DNA of 64,000 bases from Bacteroidia bacterium (GTDB lineage Bacteria; Bacteroidota; Bacteroidia; UBA8524). Within the stretch, counting starts at the first letter, position 1. Every line of letters begins with the position of its first letter. Of the stretch, positions 58,925-64,000 are shown in pieces. A program made the translations under genes and the position numbers. A model generated the notes under the pieces. The model did no database searches and was not told the origin of the DNA. It saw nothing but the letters and a program-made list of their open reading frames with translations. The stretch is taken from positions 4,355 to 68,354 of the forward strand of contig CAXPEB010000080.1 in NCBI GenBank assembly GCA_964215915.1, given 5' to 3'.

Positions 58925-60292
58925 ATGCACTATTATAATTCCATACTCGAAACCATTGGCAACACCCCTTTGGTGAAACTGAACCGCATAGCGGAAGAGA
59001 TCCCCGCTCTGGTACTGGCAAAAGTAGAAACCTTTAACCCGGGGAATTCGATCAAAGACCGTATGGCCCTCAAAATGATCGAGGACGCGGAAAAGTCGGG
59101 AGCCCTCAAACCCGGCGGAACCATCATCGAAGGAACCAGCGGCAATACCGGAATGGGGCTGGCTATTGCGGCCGTGATCAAAGGGTACAAGTGCATCTTC
59201 ACCACTACCGACAAGCAATCGAAAGAAAAGATCGATGCGCTGAAGGCTTTTGGGGCAGAAGTAATTGTTTGTCCCACCGACGTGGATCCGGAAGACCCCC
59301 GCTCCTATTACTCGGTAAGCAGCCGCCTAGCCGCAGAAACCCCGAATTCCTGGAAACCCAATCAATACGATAACCTTTCCAACTCGCAGGCACATTATGA
59401 GCAAACCGGACCGGAGATCTGGAAACAAACCGAAGGTAAAATCACCCACCTGGTAGTAGGTGTGGGAACCGGCGGAACGATCTCGGGAACTGCACGTTAC
59501 CTGAAAGAACAAAACCCGGATATCCAGGTTTTAGGTATCGATACCTACGGTTCCATTTTTAAAAAGTATAAGGAAACGGGCGAGTTCGATAAGTCTGAGA
59601 TCTATCCCTATATCACCGAAGGAATCGGAGAAGACTTTATTCCGCAAAACGTAGCCTTTGACCTGATCGATTATTTCGAAAAGGTAACAGACCGGGATGC
59701 GGCAATCTATACCCGTAAGATCGCGCGGGAAGAAGGCATTTTTGTAGGCAACTCGGCAGGAGCTGCTATCGCCGGACTCGTTCAGATGAAGGACCGTTTC
59801 CGGGAAGGAGATGTGGTAGTAGTGATCTTCCATGACCACGGCACACGCTATGTGGGAAAGATGTTTAATGATACCTGGATGCGTGAACGCGGGTTTATGG
59901 AAACCCCTCAACCCAAAACCGCTCTCGACCTCATTGAAAAACACAAAGACCAACGCCTGGTTACGGTACAACAGGATGAATTCCTGCAAAAGGCCTGTGA
60001 AAAGATCCAGCGCTTCAATATCTCGCAAATTCCGGTTACCGATACCGATGGACAATTCGTAGGTTCCCTGGATGAAAGCATGCTGTTTCAGTTGTTGATG
60101 CAAGACCCCGAGACCGGAAAACGCACCATACAATCGGTTATGCGCCCTCCTTTCCCGGTAGTCAGACACGACGAACCTATCGAATCGGTGGCCAAAAAGA
60201 TCAATAAAGACAATACCGCCGTGCTGATGATGGACCTTGGCGGAAACTGGCATATCATCACCAAGTTTGATGTGATTGAGGCACTGAGTTAA
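58925..60292 (+). CDS. Cystathionine beta-synthase (PLP-dependent CysK-like domain plus C-terminal CBS pair)
   Basis: PLP-lysine region NPGNSIKDR, glycine-rich loop GTGGTISG, and a C-terminal Bateman (2x CBS) module. Confidence 0.8.
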   Translation: MHYYNSILETIGNTPLVKLNRIAEEIPALVLAKVETFNPGNSIKDRMALKMIEDAEKSGALKPGGTIIEGTSGNTGMGLAIAAVIKGYKCIFTTTDKQSKEKIDALKAFGAEVIVCPTDVDPEDPRSYYSVSSRLAAETPNSWKPNQYDNLSNSQAHYEQTGPEIWKQTEGKITHLVVGVGTGGTISGTARYLKEQNPDIQVLGIDTYGSIFKKYKETGEFDKSEIYPYITEGIGEDFIPQNVAFDLIDYFEKVTDRDAAIYTRKIAREEGIFVGNSAGAAIAGLVQMKDRFREGDVVVVIFHDHGTRYVGKMFNDTWMRERGFMETPQPKTALDLIEKHKDQRLVTVQQDEFLQKACEKIQRFNISQIPVTDTDGQFVGSLDESMLFQLLMQDPETGKRTIQSVMRPPFPVVRHDEPIESVAKKINKDNTAVLMMDLGGNWHIITKFDVIEALS

Positions 60293-60297
60293 TACGT

Positions 60298-61098
60298 ATG
60301 GATACCCGAACCGTTACCGACCAGTTGAATCGGAGGTTTGAGGTCCCCCGTTACCCGAAACGGATCATCTCCCTGGTTCCCAGTCAAACCGAGTACCTGA
60401 TCGAAGCCGGTATCGGCAAACGACTGGCAGGCCGGACACATTTCTGCATTCATCCTGAGGAAAGCGTACACAACATCCCCCGAATAGGTGGAACCAAAAA
60501 AGTACGGATTGAGGCTGTCAAGGACCTGAATCCCGATTTAATCATCGCCAATAAGGAAGAAAACGAAAAGGAGCAGATTGAGTTGCTAAGCGTGCATTTT
60601 CCGGTATGGATCAGCGATATCAGGAACCCGGTAGATGCTATTGCCATGATGGAAGCTCTGCAGGAAGTCTGTTGCCTCCCGGAAGAAAATCGAAAATTCA
60701 CAGCGAATATCCGTCGGGCATTTGCAAGTTCCCCGGCACCTCATGCCTTTACCGGCAAAAAGGTGCTTTATGTCATCTGGAAAGATCCCTGGATGGTGGC
60801 AGGGCACGATACATTTATCCATTCGATGCTCAACTGGGCAGGGTTGCAAAATGCTTGTAAAGAAGACCGCTACCCTGTTCTGGAAGAAGAAGCTATCCTG
60901 GCACTCCGCCCTGATCTTTTGTTACTGAGCAGCGAACCGTACCCATTTGGGGAAAAACATCAGCTTTACTGGAAAGAGAAACTTCCCGACACCCGGACAG
61001 TGCTGGCCGACGGGGAGATGTTCAGCTGGTATGGGAGCAGAATGGCGCTTTTCCCTCAATATCTAATGGACCTTTGGGCATCCCTTCAAAAAGAATAA
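60298..61098 (+). CDS. Periplasmic substrate-binding protein, TroA/BtuF-like (cobalamin or metal-chelate binding), orphan
   Basis: KRIISLVPSQTEYLIEAG...GGTKKVRIEAVKDLNPDLIIAN matches the class III SBP fold. No permease or ATPase is adjacent. Confidence 0.7.
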   Translation: MDTRTVTDQLNRRFEVPRYPKRIISLVPSQTEYLIEAGIGKRLAGRTHFCIHPEESVHNIPRIGGTKKVRIEAVKDLNPDLIIANKEENEKEQIELLSVHFPVWISDIRNPVDAIAMMEALQEVCCLPEENRKFTANIRRAFASSPAPHAFTGKKVLYVIWKDPWMVAGHDTFIHSMLNWAGLQNACKEDRYPVLEEEAILALRPDLLLLSSEPYPFGEKHQLYWKEKLPDTRTVLADGEMFSWYGSRMALFPQYLMDLWASLQKE

Positions 61099-61106
61099 AT
61101 AAAAAT

Positions 61107-61138
61107 GGCCTGTCTTTCCAGACAGGCCATAACTTTTT
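61107..61138 (+). terminator. Bidirectional rho-independent terminator between convergent genes
   Basis: Perfect 9-bp hairpin GGCCTGTCT-ttcc-AGACAGGCC with T-rich flanks on both strands. Confidence 0.65.
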
Positions 61139-61173
61139 AAATCCGATACCCTAAACCGGGGACTCCGGTGAGA

Positions 61174-61623
61174 TCAGACTTTACGAATGAGGTCGATAAT
61201 TGTTTGCTTATCCTGGATTTGTGACTCAAGTGAATTCACTTGCTTTTCCAGAATAGCCACTTTCTCTTCCGCATTTTTCAGCTTCATGGAAGTAAAATCA
61301 TCTCCTCCCATTTCCTGAACAACCGGAGAAGCAGCAGCTTCTGCACGAGCAGCCTGACGAGCGCTTTCAAACCTGGCTACGAAAGGAATATTCACCAGTT
61401 CAGAAATTTCAAACCATGCTTCAAGTTTCAGGTTTCTGTTATTGAAAGAATTAAGAAAACCCTGGTAACTCATGCCTAGCTTGGAAGCTACATCACGCTT
61501 GGAGATTTTGTTTTTCTTCAGCAAAGTTGTCAGATTAGCATAAAGCACTTCCACGTTTTTATTGGAAGGCTTTTCTGTTTTGGTAGCTGATTTTTTTGTA
61601 GTTGTCCCTTTAATTTTTGCCAT
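61174..61623 (-). CDS. Lysine-rich (histone H1-like) N-terminal tail, HTH-like segment, and C-terminal coiled-coil protein; putative DNA-binding protein
   Basis: MAKIKGTTTKKSATKTEKPSNKN tail, ISKRDVASKLGMSYQGFLNSF HTH-like segment, and a heptad-rich C-terminus (KLKNAEEKVAILEKQVNSLESQIQDKQ). ATG at 61623. Confidence 0.5.
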   Translation of the reverse strand: MAKIKGTTTKKSATKTEKPSNKNVEVLYANLTTLLKKNKISKRDVASKLGMSYQGFLNSFNNRNLKLEAWFEISELVNIPFVARFESARQAARAEAAASPVVQEMGGDDFTSMKLKNAEEKVAILEKQVNSLESQIQDKQTIIDLIRKV

Positions 61624-61762
61624 AATAGTTTTGTTCGATGTACAAATAAACAATATGTACACTACTGTACAAAATAAGTAGCTGATATTGCAAGGCTCAG
61701 CTCAACACCTCATTCTATACTAAGATTAAAATCCACTTTGCTTTTTCCTACCTTTGGAACCC

Positions 61763-62083
61763 ATGAAAAGTCTGGGGATACCCAATAAATTAGTACGTTT
61801 CTTCTGGCTGATTTTCCTGCTGAATATCAGCTTCACCCTACTGAATCAGTGGAACAAAGAGAGCTCAAATGCATTGAACTGGCTGTTGAACCTGCTTTTC
61901 CCGGTTTGGGCACCCTGGGTGATCGCATTTCCGGTAGGGCTCCTTTTTGCTTTTATCCCCTATCGTGAATTCGGGATGGAGAAACGATTCTTAAGGGGTC
62001 TGGCTTTCGGCGCCATTGTGATCACCTTTCTTTTTTTCATTTTCTACTTCTATGAGCTATTGATAAATTCCATGACGAAATGA
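61763..62083 (+). CDS. Small hypothetical membrane protein
   Basis: Three hydrophobic helices. It overlaps the downstream CoA-transferase gene by 4 nt. Confidence 0.4.
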   Translation: MKSLGIPNKLVRFFWLIFLLNISFTLLNQWNKESSNALNWLLNLLFPVWAPWVIAFPVGLLFAFIPYREFGMEKRFLRGLAFGAIVITFLFFIFYFYELLINSMTK

Positions 62084-63186
62084 AGGCTATCGCGCAACTC
62101 AAGGTCATTGAACTGGCTAGCGTGCTGGCTGGTCCTCTGGCCTCAGGATTTTTTGCGGAGGCCGGGGCAGAAGTAATAAAAATCGAGAAAAAACAAGGTG
62201 GTGACATTACCCGTTCATGGAAACTGAGCGGAGAGTCGGAAAATGCTGCGGTATCCTCCTACTTTGCTGCGGCCAACTGGGGCAAAAAACACATTTTTCT
62301 GGACCTCAATGACCCGAAGGATTACGCTGAACTGGAGGCACTTCTGGATGGGGCAGATATTTTAATTAGCAATTTCAAATGGGGGGATGATAAAAAATTT
62401 AACCTCGACCCGCTCCGGCTTTCTGAAAAATACCCCAGCCTCATCCAGGGCAGAATTGAGGGTTTCCGGCATGAACCGGAACGCACCGCGTTCGATATGG
62501 TATTGCAGGCAGAGTGCGGTTACCTAAGTATGACCGGAACGGAAGGCGGAACAGCAGCCCGGTTACCCGTAGCTTTTATCGACCAGATGGCCGCACACCA
62601 ATTGAAAGAAGGTCTGTTACTCGCACTGATACACCGCGAACAAAGCGGTAAAGGCTCCCTGGTTGACGTTTCCCTGTATGACAGTGCGCTCAGCGGACTT
62701 ATTAACCAGGCAAGCGCTTATCTTATGCAGGCTCAGATTCCGGCAAGAAACGGCACCTTGCACCCTTCCATCGCTCCATATGGAGAAATTCTTCGCTGTG
62801 CCGATGGAAAAGAATTGCTTCTGGCCGTTGGAAACGACAGGCAGTTCAATCTGCTATGCCAGACCTTAGGGATCCCCGGGTTGGCTGATGATCCGCGGTT
62901 TCTGAATAATCCGTTACGGGTCAGAAACAGAACGGAGCTCTTGAAAGCCCTCAGCGAGGCTGCAGCACATATAAATAGCACCACGCTGTTTAACGCCCTG
63001 ATGAAACAACGTGTTCCGGCCGGTAGAATAAGGAACCTCGCTGAGGTTTTTGAGGAGCCACAGGCAAAGTCGCTGGTACTGGAAGAAGAACAGGACGGAA
63101 TCCTGACCAAACGGATAAAAGGTAACGTGTTCTCAAGCCGGCCTTACCCGTTAGAGGCGGCAATTGCCGGGGATTTACGCCCCTGA
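62080..63186 (+). CDS. CoA-transferase family III (CaiB/BaiF)
   Basis: LKVIELASVLAGPLASGFFAEAGAEVIKIE N-terminus and the conserved Asp region GYLSMTG. Confidence 0.85.
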   Translation: MKAIAQLKVIELASVLAGPLASGFFAEAGAEVIKIEKKQGGDITRSWKLSGESENAAVSSYFAAANWGKKHIFLDLNDPKDYAELEALLDGADILISNFKWGDDKKFNLDPLRLSEKYPSLIQGRIEGFRHEPERTAFDMVLQAECGYLSMTGTEGGTAARLPVAFIDQMAAHQLKEGLLLALIHREQSGKGSLVDVSLYDSALSGLINQASAYLMQAQIPARNGTLHPSIAPYGEILRCADGKELLLAVGNDRQFNLLCQTLGIPGLADDPRFLNNPLRVRNRTELLKALSEAAAHINSTTLFNALMKQRVPAGRIRNLAEVFEEPQAKSLVLEEEQDGILTKRIKGNVFSSRPYPLEAAIAGDLRP

Positions 63187-63209
63187 ATGCTTATCTTTGC
63201 GGCCTATTT

Positions 63210-63980
63210 ATGGGAATCATCATCAAAACCGAAGAACAGATAGAAGGGATCAGGAAAAGTTCGGTTCTGGCCGCGCAGACCCTGAAATACCTGGAACAAT
63301 TTGTTCAACCGGGTGTCACCACCGAATACATTGACCGGAAATGCGAAGAATTCATCCGCGATCATGGAGCCGTTCCGGCTACCAAGGGTTATAACGGCTT
63401 TCCGGCATCTTGCTGCACCTCGCCCAATGACGTGATCTGTCACGGCATACCGGGCAAGTACGAGTTACGCGACGGAGACATTCTGAATATCGATGTAACA
63501 ACCATACTCAACGGCTACTTTGGCGACACCTGTAAAATGTATGAAGTGGGTGAAGTAAGCGACTATGCCCGAAGACTGATAGACGCCACAAAAGAATGCC
63601 TGCGTATAGGGATAGCTCAATGCGTTCCCGGAAACCATCTTGGAAACATCGGTTACGAGATCAACAAATACGCAACGTCACTGGGTTATTCGGTGGTCTA
63701 TGAATTCTGCGGTCATGGAATCGGGATGAAATTTCATGAAGAGCCTGAAGTTGCGCACACCGCTCCTAAAAATTCAGGGCCAAAGCTCAAACCCGGGATG
63801 GTTTTTACCGTAGAGCCGATGATCAATGCAGGCAAGGCCCGGTCGAAAATAGACAAACGCGACGGCTGGACTGCACGGACTATTGACGGAAAACTCTCCG
63901 CTCAATTTGAGCACACGATCCTGGTTACAGACAACAAACCCATCGCCCTTACCGATATCGACGGGGAAATGCAATTCTGA
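63210..63980 (+). CDS. map: Methionine aminopeptidase type I
   Basis: 256 aa with metal ligands in GIPG...D...DVT and HGIGMKFHEEP...EPM. Confidence 0.95.
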   Translation: MGIIIKTEEQIEGIRKSSVLAAQTLKYLEQFVQPGVTTEYIDRKCEEFIRDHGAVPATKGYNGFPASCCTSPNDVICHGIPGKYELRDGDILNIDVTTILNGYFGDTCKMYEVGEVSDYARRLIDATKECLRIGIAQCVPGNHLGNIGYEINKYATSLGYSVVYEFCGHGIGMKFHEEPEVAHTAPKNSGPKLKPGMVFTVEPMINAGKARSKIDKRDGWTARTIDGKLSAQFEHTILVTDNKPIALTDIDGEMQF

Positions 63981-64000
63981 TGGGACTCAATGCGCTCTAC

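Noticed and set aside
59531-60253. 240-aa minus-strand ORF.
   Set aside because: Antisense to the cystathionine beta-synthase gene.
1-64000. CRISPR arrays, IS elements, integrases, reverse transcriptases (retron/DGR) and toxin-antitoxin pairs.
   Set aside because: I saw no short direct-repeat/spacer arrays in any intergenic region and no ORF with transposase DDE, tyrosine recombinase R..HxxR..Y, or RT YxDD motifs. The only repeats are the protein-coding PKD repeats.

Overview
This is a 64-kb window that looks like Bacteroidota chromosome, judged from T9SS C-terminal sorting domains of both type A and type B, the TAnnTTTG -7 promoter motif, and DUF3276 and DUF4382 proteins. GC content is moderate and I saw no rRNA, no intact tRNA, no CRISPR array and no transposase, integrase or reverse transcriptase. 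About three quarters of the window is densely packed housekeeping genes: bcp, mpl, trxA, fabI, pdxH, dps, rseP, ffh, gatC, kdsB, an ABC-F ATPase, rarA, a prolyl oligopeptidase, a cystathionine beta-synthase, map and others.

The most distinctive locus is an apparent plus-strand operon at 43.9-58.8 kb. It runs LysM/RlpA-like wall-binding protein, Wzy_C (O-antigen-ligase/PglL-like) membrane protein, GT2 glycosyltransferase, and then a 9.9-kb gene (46767..56660). That gene encodes a 3297-aa secreted protein built from about 35 PKD-like repeats, including a roughly 505-bp higher-order tandem repeat, and it ends in a gliding-motility/T9SS type-B C-terminal sorting domain. Immediately downstream is an unusual membrane-anchored TPR-TM-LuxR one-component regulator.

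Other regions worth a second look:
- An unannotatable block between rarA and a PrsW-family protease (28.07-29.72 kb), with a hairpin-rich roughly 300-nt non-coding stretch and two orphan ORFs.
- A PrsW protease carrying an unknown C-terminal domain.
- A secreted protein made of three tandem roughly 125-aa repeats.
- An OlsB/GlsB-like N-acyltransferase.
- Degenerate tRNA-3'-end-like motifs upstream of a T9SS type-A M43 metalloprotease.

Gene starts were refined by hand because the ORF track uses GTG/TTG starts in places. All functional calls are from motif recognition by eye and no database search was possible.
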